DNA of 62,714 nucleotides from a virus (lineage: Duplodnaviria; Caudoviricetes). The notes below the pieces were generated by a model that saw only the letters and a program-made list of their open reading frames with translations, ran no database searches and was not told the DNA's origin. Numbering within the stretch: the first letter of the stretch is position 1; each line of letters starts with the position of its first letter. The stretch spans positions 1-62,714 of the IMG/VR virus record IMGVR_UViG_3300028809_000001; one strand, written 5' to 3'. Below, in pieces: positions 38,151 through 47,965 of this stretch. A program made the translations under genes and the position numbers.

Positions 38151-38732
38151 TTAGAGGATCGGCGTCTTGGGCTCGGGCAGGTCGTCGTCCGGCACCGGGG
38201 CGTTCAGCGGGTGGCCGGGCGCCTTGGGCTGCAGGTCCGGGTCGGGATTGGTGGACGGCCGCGGCTCCTCGCCGGCCGGGTTGCCCGGCGCGCCGCCGAC
38301 GGCGTTGCCGCCCGCGTGGCCGGTGGTGTCCTCGCCAGCCGACGGGTCGGGCTTGCCGTCCTCGCCCTGCGGCGCGTCCGCCTCCTTCTTCGCGGGGAGC
38401 TTGAGCGAGCCGCCCTGCTTGCAGGCCACGTTCTTGTCGGTGATCTCGTCGCCGTCTTCGAGCACATCGGCGCCGACGATCACCACCTGATCGCCGACCG
38501 GGCCGGTGGCGAGCAGGTTCACCGTGCCGTCCTCGTGCACGTAGATCACGCGAGCGTCGACCGGCGACTCGTCGATCACGCGCAGCGCGTCGCGGTGCGG
38601 GCCGTGCGGGTGCAGCCACAGGCTGTCGCCCACGCGGTGGCCACCCTTGGACTTCTCGGCCGGGGTCGTGGTGGTCGACTCGTTCTTGTCGGCCGGGGTG
38701 TCCGCCTTGGCGGACTGCTGCTTCTTGGTCAT
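38151..38732 (-). CDS. Hypothetical protein with SH3-like core and disordered ends
   Basis: AAGGAG RBS; VG..LW...P.DARVIYVH.DGTVNL. Confidence 0.7.
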   Translation of the reverse strand: MTKKQQSAKADTPADKNESTTTTPAEKSKGGHRVGDSLWLHPHGPHRDALRVIDESPVDARVIYVHEDGTVNLLATGPVGDQVVIVGADVLEDGDEITDKNVACKQGGSLKLPAKKEADAPQGEDGKPDPSAGEDTTGHAGGNAVGGAPGNPAGEEPRPSTNPDPDLQPKAPGHPLNAPVPDDDLPEPKTPIL

Positions 38733-38743
38733 GGTCTTCTCCT

Positions 38744-39085
38744 TCAGGGGGTTTCGAGAGGTTCGCGCAGGAGGTCGCAGGCGGCCTCGCACGCGTTCTT
38801 GCCGGGTGGCAGTGGCCGGTCCTGCAAGTTCTTGGCCGCGCGCTGCGCCGCGACGGCTGTTTTCTGGGCCGCCTCGACGGCGAGCGCGGTGACGGCATCG
38901 CGCTGGGCCTGCGCCGCAGCGACGGCGCGGATCTGGTTGCTCTGCAGCTCGACCTTGGCCCAGGCCAGCTGGGCGTCCGCCTTGGCTGCTGCGATGCGCG
39001 GCTTGTAGACCATGCGCGCGGCGCCGTAGCCGATGGCCACCGACACCAGCACGCCGGCGGCGGCCGCGTAGATGGCGGGGGTCAC
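38744..39085 (-). CDS. Inner-membrane spanin (i-spanin)
   Basis: N-terminal TM, Ala-rich coiled-coil, C-terminal Cys; overlaps the endolysin stop. Confidence 0.7.
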   Translation of the reverse strand: MTPAIYAAAAGVLVSVAIGYGAARMVYKPRIAAAKADAQLAWAKVELQSNQIRAVAAAQAQRDAVTALAVEAAQKTAVAAQRAAKNLQDRPLPPGKNACEAACDLLREPLETP

Positions 39086-39723
39086 ACGGTCTCCATGATG
39101 TTCAACGCGCCCTTGTACAGCTCCTTGCACTCGGCCATGCCGACAGAGCCGCCGTTCACACGACGGCGCACCGACTCGAACCCCTCGGCGGCCAGCAGGT
39201 CGTTCATGTCGTTCTTGTGCCAGAACGCCGCGGCGGCCCAGCTGCCACCCTCGGGCTCGGCCGCGGTGTCAGGGTTCCCCAGCAGGTTGAAGTCGACGCC
39301 CATCTGCGTCAACTCGTCCGTCATCGCCGCATAGTTCGCGCGCCCGGTGAGCATGAACGGGCCGCGGCCGCGGAAGCGCCAGCCGTCGCCCAGGTTCACG
39401 TTCCCCATGCGCCCGCCGTAGACCTTCTCGGCCAGCCCTTGCGGGTTGCGCACGAAGGGCGCCGCGTCGTTCACGGTCTGGAACCGGTTCGGCCACACGC
39501 GGCGCAGCCGCTCGGCCGTGGTGTAGTTCAGATTCTCGGTGAACCGGGTGAAGAACGCGCACTCGTGGGCGACGTTGGCGAGGAACGCCGCCGCGCGCTG
39601 GGGCGTGTTGATGCTCGCCGCGTTCATCGCCCGGGTCAGCGGGCCGTGCCACTCGGTGAGGCGGGCGGTGGGGGTGCTGGTCGCGAACGACAGCTGCGAG
39701 AGGGTGAGGTTCAGAGGTTCCAT
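39082..39723 (-). CDS. Endolysin, glycoside hydrolase family 19
   Basis: AAFLA.VAHE...ENLNY...GRMGN...GDGWRFRGRG...LTGRANY...AAAFW...VNGG. Confidence 0.92.
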   Translation of the reverse strand: MEPLNLTLSQLSFATSTPTARLTEWHGPLTRAMNAASINTPQRAAAFLANVAHECAFFTRFTENLNYTTAERLRRVWPNRFQTVNDAAPFVRNPQGLAEKVYGGRMGNVNLGDGWRFRGRGPFMLTGRANYAAMTDELTQMGVDFNLLGNPDTAAEPEGGSWAAAAFWHKNDMNDLLAAEGFESVRRRVNGGSVGMAECKELYKGALNIMETV

Positions 39724-39983
39724 ATGCCGAGCCAGTAGAGGGGGAGGAGGGCCAGGAAGCCGCCCGCGAATGTGGCGAGCGCGTCCTTCCAGTCGGCGAC
39801 GTGGTCCTCGGGGTGGTTGCTGTCCCACAGCTCCTTCAGCGTGCCGATCACCACGGTGGCGATGATCGCGCCCCAGAACCCGAGGATGAAGCCACCCAGC
39901 AAAGCAAGCACGAAGCCAACCAGCGCGTGGGCGATCTTGTCGCCGTGCGGCAGCCTGAGCAATCTGTTCAGTAATTCTTTCAC
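39711..39983 (-). CDS. Small membrane protein (DKxxH...KExxD...D family)
   Basis: Three hydrophobic helices with conserved polar residues. Confidence 0.65.
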   Translation of the reverse strand: MKELLNRLLRLPHGDKIAHALVGFVLALLGGFILGFWGAIIATVVIGTLKELWDSNHPEDHVADWKDALATFAGGFLALLPLYWLGIWNL

Positions 39984-40255
39984 GCTGGCTCCTTTGTTTT
40001 CCGGTAGCGCCACACCTTCCACGCCGTGCCGACGGCGAAGGCGAAGAGACCGCCACCCAGCACGAGCGGCGGCACGAGCGGCGGGAAGCCGGTGGCCAGG
40101 AGCTGATACGCGTACACACCCGAGCCGAACCCCACGCCGACGAGCCCTACGGCCTGCGCAAAGTTGTCCTTGTAGAACCGGCTCAGCAGGCCGAGCAGGC
40201 ACGCAAGCGACGTCGCCCCCATTGCGCCCGCAGAGACAACCACGACGACATCCAT
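39980..40255 (-). CDS. Three-TM membrane protein (holin/antiholin candidate)
   Basis: Three TM segments and a basic C-terminus, within the lysis cassette. Confidence 0.6.
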   Translation of the reverse strand: MDVVVVVSAGAMGATSLACLLGLLSRFYKDNFAQAVGLVGVGFGSGVYAYQLLATGFPPLVPPLVLGGGLFAFAVGTAWKVWRYRKTKEPA

Positions 40256-40266
40256 AGCGTGCCCTC

Positions 40267-40617
40267 TCACTGTTCATCCGTGGGAGCCTTTTTCGGCTCA
40301 GCCGGGCCAAGCCCGAACCACTTGCGTCCTACGTCAATGAAAAACTGGGACAAGTCGAGCCGATCCCAGGTCTTGAAAATCTTGTCCACCACGGCCATGC
40401 CGAACAGGCCCAGCAGGAAGCCCGCCAGTCCCTCGTTCGTGCCGGCGGCGGCCGCCGCCGCGGGCGCCACGAAGAAGCTCAGCGCCGCGCCGCCAATCCC
40501 CATGAACACCTTGCGCGGCCACGTTGCCTCCACCCACCCCAGCGCCAGCAAGCTGCCCACAGTCCCCGGCAGCAGCTTGCTTGCCCACACCCCGACGTCC
40601 CCGTCGAACCACTGCAT
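40267..40617 (-). CDS. Holin
   Basis: G..GS...L...GG...S....P...GFLLGLFGM pattern. Confidence 0.7.
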   Translation of the reverse strand: MQWFDGDVGVWASKLLPGTVGSLLALGWVEATWPRKVFMGIGGAALSFFVAPAAAAAAGTNEGLAGFLLGLFGMAVVDKIFKTWDRLDLSQFFIDVGRKWFGLGPAEPKKAPTDEQ

Positions 40618-40637
40618 TGGTGTCCCCTTTGTACTGC

Positions 40638-41732
40638 TTACGGATTCACGAGCCCGCGCAGCTCGACGATGAGCGCGACGCCACGTCCCGGCACGCTCGC
40701 CTCGTAGGTGAACTGAGTGCTGCCCGGCGTGACGTAGCTCGGTTGGCGGCCGAACCACGCGGCGATGCTGCTGGTGATCTGCTTGAGCGAGACGTTGTCC
40801 AGCGAGAACGCGGCCGCGCTGCCCGCGCTCACGCCGTAGCCCGTCACGCCGGTGATGCCGGTGATGTTGGTCGAGTACGTGCCATTGGCCGAGCGCAGCG
40901 GTCCGGCTGACACCGTGCCGCCCGTGGTGGTCCACGAGGACAGGAGCTGGCCGCCCGTGTAGTTGGACACCGTGTAGGTGCTGCGGTAGCGCGCGCCGGC
41001 GACGAGCGAGGCGATGGGCTGGTTGATGTTGCCGAAGATGCCGGCGTGGTTGGCCGTGCCGCCACCGATCGACCAGCCGTTGCCCACCGCCCAGACCGTG
41101 CCGTCGGCGAACGTGCCGTTCAGCACCAGCTCCGGGCCCAGCACGTCGTACGCCGTGGACGACTGCGTGATGCCGTCGTAGTACTGGCTGATCGCGTATC
41201 CATCGCTGGTGTTCCACGCGGCCACCTGTGCGAGGTCGCTGCCGCCCGGCAGCTGCGGCGTAATGCTGATGTCGATGAGCAAGTCGGCCGCGGTAAACGC
41301 CTGCGACGTGGCGCCCACCGTGTCGTACGTGGTGATGTCGCCCAGGCGGATGCACGCGGCGGCGACTGCGTTGGTGCAGCTCACCACGATGTTGGCCGAG
41401 CCGACGAGCCCGCCCTTCATCACGAAGATGGCCACCGCCGGGGAGCCTGCCACGCCGTCATGGGCCTCGGCCGCCTTGGTGAGCGCCACGCCATTCCACG
41501 TGGCTGTGAAGACGGGCGCTGCGGCCGTGGTCGAGATGGCCGCCACGCGCACCACCATCGCGCCAGTGGCGCTGGTGTACGCCGTGGTGAACGGCGCGCC
41601 GCTGCTGATCGCGTCGGCCGTGCGGTCGAGCGGGCCGGGCGGGCCGGGCGGCTGTGGCGCCACGCCTCCCGACAGCACTGTCATCGACAGCGCCATGTCG
41701 CGCGGGCTGCGGGAGAAGGACTGGGTCAGCAT
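40638..41732 (-). CDS. Putative virion appendage protein with carbohydrate-binding-like module
   Basis: Beta-rich; LGPELVLNGTF...W..G.GWSI...LDNVSLKQ module. Start may be 41696. Confidence 0.6.
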   Translation of the reverse strand: MLTQSFSRSPRDMALSMTVLSGGVAPQPPGPPGPLDRTADAISSGAPFTTAYTSATGAMVVRVAAISTTAAAPVFTATWNGVALTKAAEAHDGVAGSPAVAIFVMKGGLVGSANIVVSCTNAVAAACIRLGDITTYDTVGATSQAFTAADLLIDISITPQLPGGSDLAQVAAWNTSDGYAISQYYDGITQSSTAYDVLGPELVLNGTFADGTVWAVGNGWSIGGGTANHAGIFGNINQPIASLVAGARYRSTYTVSNYTGGQLLSSWTTTGGTVSAGPLRSANGTYSTNITGITGVTGYGVSAGSAAAFSLDNVSLKQITSSIAAWFGRQPSYVTPGSTQFTYEASVPGRGVALIVELRGLVNP

Positions 41733-41736
41733 GCGA

Positions 41737-42033
41737 TCACGAGCAGAAGGCTTCTGCAGGCACGTTCACCGGCGTGACCGCCACGTCCAGGCGGCGCACG
41801 CCGATCTGGCTGGCGTTTGTGATGCCGCCGATCAGGCGGCTCGTGCCGGCCAGGATGGGCATGCTGCTGCCGCCCCCGCCGCGCCGGTATTCCAGGTCGA
41901 CTCCGGTGCTGTTGACGATGTCGAGCAGCGTGCACGGCTGATCGGGGAACGTGACGTAGGTCGAGCCAGCGCCCGAGGTGGCGACACCGGTGATGACGGC
42001 GCGGCCGATGAACGGGATCGAGAGTGTGGACAT
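41737..42033 (-). CDS. Small beta-sandwich virion protein
   Basis: 98 aa, directly after the portal. Confidence 0.6.
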   Translation of the reverse strand: MSTLSIPFIGRAVITGVATSGAGSTYVTFPDQPCTLLDIVNSTGVDLEYRRGGGGSSMPILAGTSRLIGGITNASQIGVRRLDVAVTPVNVPAEAFCS

Positions 42034-42048
42034 GGTGTCTCCTTGGGG

Positions 42049-44754
42049 TCAGATGCCTGAGCCGAGCTGCTGCTTCAGGGTGGACTCTGCGATGTACAGC
42101 TCTTTCTTCGTGCGGTTGTCCATCGCCGCCTTGGCGAGATCGGCGCGGATCTGCTCGATGGTCTGCTTCTGCTCGCTGGCGTACTTGAGCATGGCGATGT
42201 TCATCTCCAGCTCCAGCTTCTGCAGGTTGAACTGGTTGTTCTGCTCGGCCATGACGCGGCGCTGCTCCACCTCGGCGAGATCCGCCTTGGCGCGGGCCTG
42301 CTCCACGACGACCTGCGACTCGGCGCGGATCTTGGCGGCCTCGACTTGCGGTGCGGCCTGCTGCCCCTGCGACTGGGCCTGCAGGTTCTTGTCGATCTCG
42401 GCGTCGTCGAACAGCAGCTGTTCGGTGTCGATGTGCTGCGCGGCGAGTGCCTTCTTCAGCAGCTCTTTGAACTTCAAGCTGGCTTGCATCATCGGGTTCG
42501 TGGCGTAGGCCGCGAGGAGCTGCATCAGCGCTTGATTCTGGATGTCGCGCACCAGCAGGGCGGACGTGCCGCGCGCATCGACGTTGAAGTCACCCTTCAC
42601 CGACTCATCGGCGGAGTGCTCCATGTTGAAGTCGTAATACCGCGAGATGTGCGGGCGCGTGATGTCGTCGTCGAAGCGCTTGACCAGCCGACGCAGCACG
42701 ACGTTCGCCGCGTTCATCAGCATCTGCATGCCGCCCAGCGTTTCGGGCGCGTTCGTCTTGTCGCCCTGCATCATCGCGGGCACACCGGTGTCGTCGTCCA
42801 CCAGCTTCATCGCCATTTCGATGATGCCTTGCAGCATCGCCTGCTGGCTGTCGATCTGGAAGACCTGCATGGCCTTGGTCACGTCGGCGGTGCCGCCCTT
42901 CGCAAACCACAGCTTGCGCCCGGTGATCTCCCAGATGCCATCGGCTGGCGTGATGTCAGTGCGGTTCATCACGATCTGCGGACCCGCGGACACGCCCGCG
43001 TTGTCCATCATCATCCGCCACGACGCGTTGACGACGCGCTGCTGCGAGTTCATCAGGCGCGGCACGCCCTGGCCCCACGGCCGATCGTTGACCTTCTCCC
43101 ACTGGAAGAAGTCATAGGGCAGCGACTCGGTTTCCAGGGGGTTCAGGAAGGTCTTCACCACCTCGCCGTTGATCATGATGATGCAGGCGGAGAAGCTGAT
43201 CAGCGAGTCATCGTGGTTGCTGGGGCGCCCGGTGAACGTGCCCGCTTGGCCCGGCGCCTGCAGCTCGCTGCCCGTGGCGTAGCCCGCTTCGCCGTCGCCG
43301 CGCGCCTTCTCCAGCTTCGGCGCCACGGATTGCTCGAAGTCTTCGACCGACATGCTGCAGCGCAGGTCTTCCACCGTGACCTCGCCCCAGTACGTGATGC
43401 GCTCGAACGACTCCAGCGGCAGGTAGTTCTCGTCGTTGTACAGGCTGTACTCCACGGCGCTGCTGGGCTTGGGGCCCGCGCGCAGCACGGAGCGAAGCTG
43501 CTGCTTCAGGTAGCCCGGCTGCTTGGCCAGCTCGCGCACTTCCTTCGCGCTGATCTGGTCCACCTCGAAGATGCCGCGCCCCTTGTTCGGGTACTCGCCC
43601 GCGCTCGGGTCGGTGTAGACGGTGCGCGGGTCCACGCACACCGACACCGGTGCGGTCTCCTTCACCAGCTCCAGCACGTAGGTGGATTCGCCGGACACGT
43701 CGGTGAACGGCACCCAGGCTTTTTTGTAGCGGTTGGCGACCAACGGACCCTTGAGCACGCCGGTGCCCAGCACGGCCGCCCAGTGCAGCACCTTGCGGGT
43801 CTCGCCGTTGTAATCGCACTCATTGAGCTGGTCCTCGATCAGGAGCTGCATCGCGTCGCTCGCCTGCTTGGCCTGCTTCTGGATGGCGTAGGCGACATCC
43901 TTCTTTTTCAGGATCTCGCCCTGCTCGTTCAGGGGCTGCATCGGTCCCTGCGGCTGGGGCATCGGGGTCGGCTGCCCCGGCATCCCCGTGGGCTGGACGG
44001 CCTGGAGCTGCGGCGCATTGGGGTCGATGCCTGCACCCACGGGCGGCTGGCCCGGCGGTGTGACGGGCGGCTGCATCGCCTGCGGGCCTTGCATGGGCGC
44101 GGCGCCCGCTTGGCCCGGCAGCGCGGGGGCGCCCGGCTGTTGCGGCGGCACGGGCGTCTCGTCGCGCAGCGCAACGGCCAGCTCCGGCCGAGGCGTGGGT
44201 TTGATCCCCCAGTTCCGGTCATCGGTGGGCAGCAGGATGTCAGCGAGCCGGGCCTCGGCGCTGTTCGTCTTCGTGCGGGTGATGCCGATGAACACGGTCG
44301 AGCGGGTGGGCTTGGCTTCGCGCGTGGTCACAGGGTAGCCCTGCTCCACCGAGTCCATCATCTCGCTCGCCCGCTTGGCTTGGTTGTCCTTGCCGTTGTA
44401 GAAGTCGAGGTCTTCGGCCCAGTCCTTGTCAATGTTCAGGCCCTGGCGCCACGCCTTCCACTCGGACAGCGTGCCCTTCAGGTTCGAGCCCAGGGCGCGA
44501 AGGCGCTCCGCCTGCTCCTCGGCTGCCTTCTGCTCGGCCTCTTCGGGGGTGAGCATCTCGGCCTCGTCGAGCGCTGCGGCCGCCGTGGCTTCGCCTGCCT
44601 GGATCACGTCCTCGGGGATGTACTGATTGCCGCCGCGTTCCTCGGCTTCCTTGTCCCACGCCTGCGCGTCGGTGAGGCCAGCGCTGCCGCCAACGTCTGA
44701 GCCCACGCCGGCGGCGAGGCCCATCGTGCTGGATTTCGGTTTGCGTCGTGCCAT
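42049..44754 (-). CDS. Portal protein
   Basis: Follows terminase; TR.K...AEARL.D.L.P....NW; LGTGVLKGP; WG.GVP; C-terminal coiled-coil barrel. Confidence 0.9.
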   Translation of the reverse strand: MARRKPKSSTMGLAAGVGSDVGGSAGLTDAQAWDKEAEERGGNQYIPEDVIQAGEATAAAALDEAEMLTPEEAEQKAAEEQAERLRALGSNLKGTLSEWKAWRQGLNIDKDWAEDLDFYNGKDNQAKRASEMMDSVEQGYPVTTREAKPTRSTVFIGITRTKTNSAEARLADILLPTDDRNWGIKPTPRPELAVALRDETPVPPQQPGAPALPGQAGAAPMQGPQAMQPPVTPPGQPPVGAGIDPNAPQLQAVQPTGMPGQPTPMPQPQGPMQPLNEQGEILKKKDVAYAIQKQAKQASDAMQLLIEDQLNECDYNGETRKVLHWAAVLGTGVLKGPLVANRYKKAWVPFTDVSGESTYVLELVKETAPVSVCVDPRTVYTDPSAGEYPNKGRGIFEVDQISAKEVRELAKQPGYLKQQLRSVLRAGPKPSSAVEYSLYNDENYLPLESFERITYWGEVTVEDLRCSMSVEDFEQSVAPKLEKARGDGEAGYATGSELQAPGQAGTFTGRPSNHDDSLISFSACIIMINGEVVKTFLNPLETESLPYDFFQWEKVNDRPWGQGVPRLMNSQQRVVNASWRMMMDNAGVSAGPQIVMNRTDITPADGIWEITGRKLWFAKGGTADVTKAMQVFQIDSQQAMLQGIIEMAMKLVDDDTGVPAMMQGDKTNAPETLGGMQMLMNAANVVLRRLVKRFDDDITRPHISRYYDFNMEHSADESVKGDFNVDARGTSALLVRDIQNQALMQLLAAYATNPMMQASLKFKELLKKALAAQHIDTEQLLFDDAEIDKNLQAQSQGQQAAPQVEAAKIRAESQVVVEQARAKADLAEVEQRRVMAEQNNQFNLQKLELEMNIAMLKYASEQKQTIEQIRADLAKAAMDNRTKKELYIAESTLKQQLGSGI

Positions 44755-44771
44755 AGGGTTCACCCCGATTG

Positions 44772-46286
44772 TCAATAGCCGATTGTAGGATCAAGCACCC
44801 CGTACCGCGGCACCTGCTGACCGAACCCGATGAAGCCCTGTGCCTGCCCGAGTTCGAACCGGGCTTCCTGCTCCGTGCGTGCATAGCGCAGCATCATCAG
44901 CCCGTACCGCGTGGCCGAGAGGATGTCGTCCAGCTTGTCGACGATCACGCCGTTGTCGTCACGGTGGTACATGCGGAACTCTTCGAACCACGGCTCCAGG
45001 TGTTGGAACACCTTCAGGCGGCCCGTCTGCATGCGGGTGAGCATCATCTGCGCCCCGGCTTCCAGGCTGTTGCCGCCCGACTTGCCGTCAGGCCCGGGCG
45101 GAAACTCGGCCCGCTTCACCGTGAGGTTCAGGCCCTGCGCTTTGTACTGCTCGGCCAGGGCTTCGCCGCCACCGCCGGCCGTCTTGTTCGCCCCGTCGTG
45201 CGGCCACGCCACAGGAACCCACACGCCCTTACCCCGGATCACCGCAGCGTGTTCGTGCACCGGCGCCTCGCTGCGGCGGTGGATGTCGTACACGTAGACC
45301 GTGTCCGTGTCGGTGTCGTGGGCGAGCCATGCCACGGCCGTGGGGTGGGTCCACCCGAAGTCAATCCCGGCGATGCGCCGCCAGTGCGGGGGCAGCGCGA
45401 AGGCAGGTGTCGAGACTGCCGCGTCAGCGAGAGGGAAGACCCGCCCTTGCCCCATGGACGGGATGCCCTTGGTCCGCGCTTCACGTTCATGCGCCGGATA
45501 GCTGGCGATGATGGCGGCCCGCTGCTCCGGCGTGTAGTGCAGCGCGTCGTCAATGGTCATCGTGACCGCGATGGTGCCCGCGTGCTTGTCCAGCAGGAAG
45601 CGCTTCACCACGTTGGACATGCCCTTAAGCGGCGTGAACGTGATCAGCATGGGCCCGCCCGACACGTTGGTCCGCGTCAGGGCTTCCATGTAGACGTCTT
45701 CGGGCGGCTCCTCGTCGAGCCACACACCGTCCACCGTGTCGGCCTGCCACTTCGTCCGCCCCTGGTCATAGCTCAGCAGGTTGACGACCGACGAGCCCCC
45801 GGACACATGGCGCACCACGACGGAGGCAACGGCGTCGGCCACACCCTGGCGACGCGTGGTGCTGATGATCGTGTCGCCCGGGATCGTGCCGGTGCCCCAT
45901 TCGTCTTCGGCCTCGGGCCGCCCGAGCAGCAGGCGCTGCACACCCCGGCGTGTCAGCTCTGCGGACTCTGAGCCACAGAGGAACGTCACCGGACGGCTGA
46001 AGCGCTTGCCCTGCCACCAGAACGGGTAACGCCCGGTGAGGTGCATTGCCACCTCGCAGGCTGCCGAGTACGTCTTGCCCGCTTGGTTGGCGGCCACCAG
46101 CATGCGTTCGCGCCACTTCGCCCCCAGAGCGTGGAACTCGGCCTGCTTCGGATACGGCACGTACCGGTCGAGCATGTTGCGCGACAGCGTGCGAACGTAC
46201 GTCTCCAGGGCCTCCAGGTAGACCGCCTGATCCTCGGGCGTGAGCCGAGCCAGTTCCTCGCGTGTGAGGGGGACGAACCCGCTCAT
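44772..46286 (-). CDS. terL: Terminase large subunit, P22 gp2-like
   Basis: PY.KQ.EF; AANQAGKT; EVA.HLTGRYP; VWLDEEP; TFTPL.G; GIDFGW.HP; DD..SATRY. Confidence 0.95.
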   Translation of the reverse strand: MSGFVPLTREELARLTPEDQAVYLEALETYVRTLSRNMLDRYVPYPKQAEFHALGAKWRERMLVAANQAGKTYSAACEVAMHLTGRYPFWWQGKRFSRPVTFLCGSESAELTRRGVQRLLLGRPEAEDEWGTGTIPGDTIISTTRRQGVADAVASVVVRHVSGGSSVVNLLSYDQGRTKWQADTVDGVWLDEEPPEDVYMEALTRTNVSGGPMLITFTPLKGMSNVVKRFLLDKHAGTIAVTMTIDDALHYTPEQRAAIIASYPAHEREARTKGIPSMGQGRVFPLADAAVSTPAFALPPHWRRIAGIDFGWTHPTAVAWLAHDTDTDTVYVYDIHRRSEAPVHEHAAVIRGKGVWVPVAWPHDGANKTAGGGGEALAEQYKAQGLNLTVKRAEFPPGPDGKSGGNSLEAGAQMMLTRMQTGRLKVFQHLEPWFEEFRMYHRDDNGVIVDKLDDILSATRYGLMMLRYARTEQEARFELGQAQGFIGFGQQVPRYGVLDPTIGY

Positions 46287-46933
46287 GCCGCACCGCCGAG
46301 CTGGCGGGCCCGCTCGGACAACGCGAGCACCTTGGCCTCGGCTTGCTCGGGCGTCATCTGCACCTTGGCGTCCAGATCGATGTGCTGGCGGTCCCCGTAT
46401 TCGCGCGGTGCCACGGCCTTCGCGCGCCAGCGCAGGTGTGAGGCCTCCTCACGGGCAATGCCCAGCGTGAGGAAGTCCTTGGCGCCACGGATGGCCTGTA
46501 GCGCCTGCTCGTCGAATGCCTGCGCGCTCAGGCGCCGGGCTTCCTTGATCGCGGCCTGCCGCTCCGGCGTGCCGCTGAACCAGTAGGACAGAGCGCCGCT
46601 GGACACGCCGATATCGGCGGCCAGCTCGGTGTGAGTGATCCCCTCGGCGATGCGCTCGCACATGCGTTCAAGGCCGTAGGCGGCCATCAGTTCGCGCGGC
46701 TTGAGCGGCGGGCCAGTCAGCCAGGACAGATCCGCGTCGACGACGGTGCGCTCGTCCGGTGGCGCACTCAGGCGCTCGGGGTGCACGAGAGGCGGCTCGT
46801 CGTCCTGCTGGTGTCTGGTCATGGGGTTCACGTGTTTCGCTCGATTGGCTGCGCGCTTGGCTTCTTTGGCGAGCCGACGCGCATGTGCGTCTGGGGATGG
46901 CGGCCCGACTTCGGGCTCGTGCCGCACACCCAC
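46283..46933 (-). CDS. terS: Terminase small subunit, Sf6-like
   Basis: CERIAEG...HTH...W.A..APREYGDR; adjacent to terL; exact start uncertain. Confidence 0.8.
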   Translation of the reverse strand: MGVRHEPEVGPPSPDAHARRLAKEAKRAANRAKHVNPMTRHQQDDEPPLVHPERLSAPPDERTVVDADLSWLTGPPLKPRELMAAYGLERMCERIAEGITHTELAADIGVSSGALSYWFSGTPERQAAIKEARRLSAQAFDEQALQAIRGAKDFLTLGIAREEASHLRWRAKAVAPREYGDRQHIDLDAKVQMTPEQAEAKVLALSERARQLGGAA

Positions 46934-46934
46934 G

Positions 46935-47132
46935 TCACACCTTGCCGTTGATCACGCCCCCGCCGGTGAAGCCCTTCACCGCGCAGTCAGACCCGCCGGA
47001 GACGATCTGTTTCTGACCGGCGCCCTCGGGCTGCTTCGTGCCGTCGATACCCACCTTGCTGGGGGACTCGTTCACCTTGCCGTCGATCACGGCGCCGCTG
47101 ATCTTCGCGGCGGGTTTGGGGTAGCTGTCCAT
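46935..47132 (-). CDS. Small hypothetical protein, first late gene
   Basis: AGGAG RBS; 65 aa. Confidence 0.6.
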   Translation of the reverse strand: MDSYPKPAAKISGAVIDGKVNESPSKVGIDGTKQPEGAGQKQIVSGGSDCAVKGFTGGGVINGKV

Positions 47133-47315
47133 GTGCGTGCTCCTGAATCGGTGCATCGCCCTGTGCGCGCACCACGGCGCGAGTGTAGATCGGTGAGGCG
47201 GCGTAACCGGCGCATCCCGCGCGCGGCTTATTCGAAAAATTTGAATGGCCGCCCGCTCCACCGTTCAAACGGATCGAACGATGCGCATTTCAGCACAGAA
47301 CTTAGCACCCTACCT

Positions 47316-47357
47316 AGGGTTTACCCTTATTTTATTCTCATCTCTGCGAACTACCAT
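47316..47357 (+). promoter_or_regulatory. Putative early promoter
   Basis: AGGGTTTACCCT at 47316; AT-rich spacer; TACCAT at 47352 (+36). Confidence 0.75.
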
Positions 47358-47404
47358 TGGCACAAGTTCAGCACTTCGCTGTACTGCCAAACCAGGAGAT
47401 TCAG

Positions 47405-47650
47405 ATGAACACCACTACCGCCGTGATCGAGTGGACGAAGCCCTACTACGGCGTGACCCACGGCTCGACCGGGGACGGCGTCAAAGTGCCCTGGGCTACG
47501 GTCACCGACCGCGGCACCTGGGCCGAGATGACGAAACACCACCATCTCGTGCCGATCGGGCAACGCGAGACAACGCAGCACGGCAGCGTCGACGAGGCCA
47601 AGGCGGCCGGCGAAGCGTGGCTGCAATCCTTGCACTGCGCCGCTTACTAA
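47405..47650 (+). CDS. Early hypothetical protein
   Basis: AGGAG RBS. Confidence 0.65.
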   Translation: MNTTTAVIEWTKPYYGVTHGSTGDGVKVPWATVTDRGTWAEMTKHHHLVPIGQRETTQHGSVDEAKAAGEAWLQSLHCAAY

Positions 47651-47667
47651 CCACCAGGACACCCACC

Positions 47668-47952
47668 ATGCTCATCCGCACCACACTCCGCCACCAGGAC
47701 ATGACGACCACGCAATCCGTGATCCCGCGTGACGACCGCGTCACCGCACTCGACCGACTGCTCGACCAGAGTGTCATGGCTTGGTTCGAAGCCAAGGCCG
47801 CGAAGTCCCTGACGATGTCTCGCAAGATCGGCGGCCACGACATCAGCACCACGGTGACCAGCCTGGACGACACGCCCTATCGCACGTGGAAGCTCGACGG
47901 CGAATCGTCCAGTTACAGCGAAGTGCGCCGCATCCTCACCCGCAACACCTGA
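47668..47952 (+). CDS. Early hypothetical protein
   Basis: AGGA RBS. Confidence 0.65.
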   Translation: MLIRTTLRHQDMTTTQSVIPRDDRVTALDRLLDQSVMAWFEAKAAKSLTMSRKIGGHDISTTVTSLDDTPYRTWKLDGESSSYSEVRRILTRNT

Positions 47953-47965
47953 ACAGGAGAACACC

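Noticed and set aside
44755-44766. AGGGTTCACCCC as another promoter palindrome
   Set aside because: No -10 box at +36 on either strand; it overlaps the probable portal RBS.
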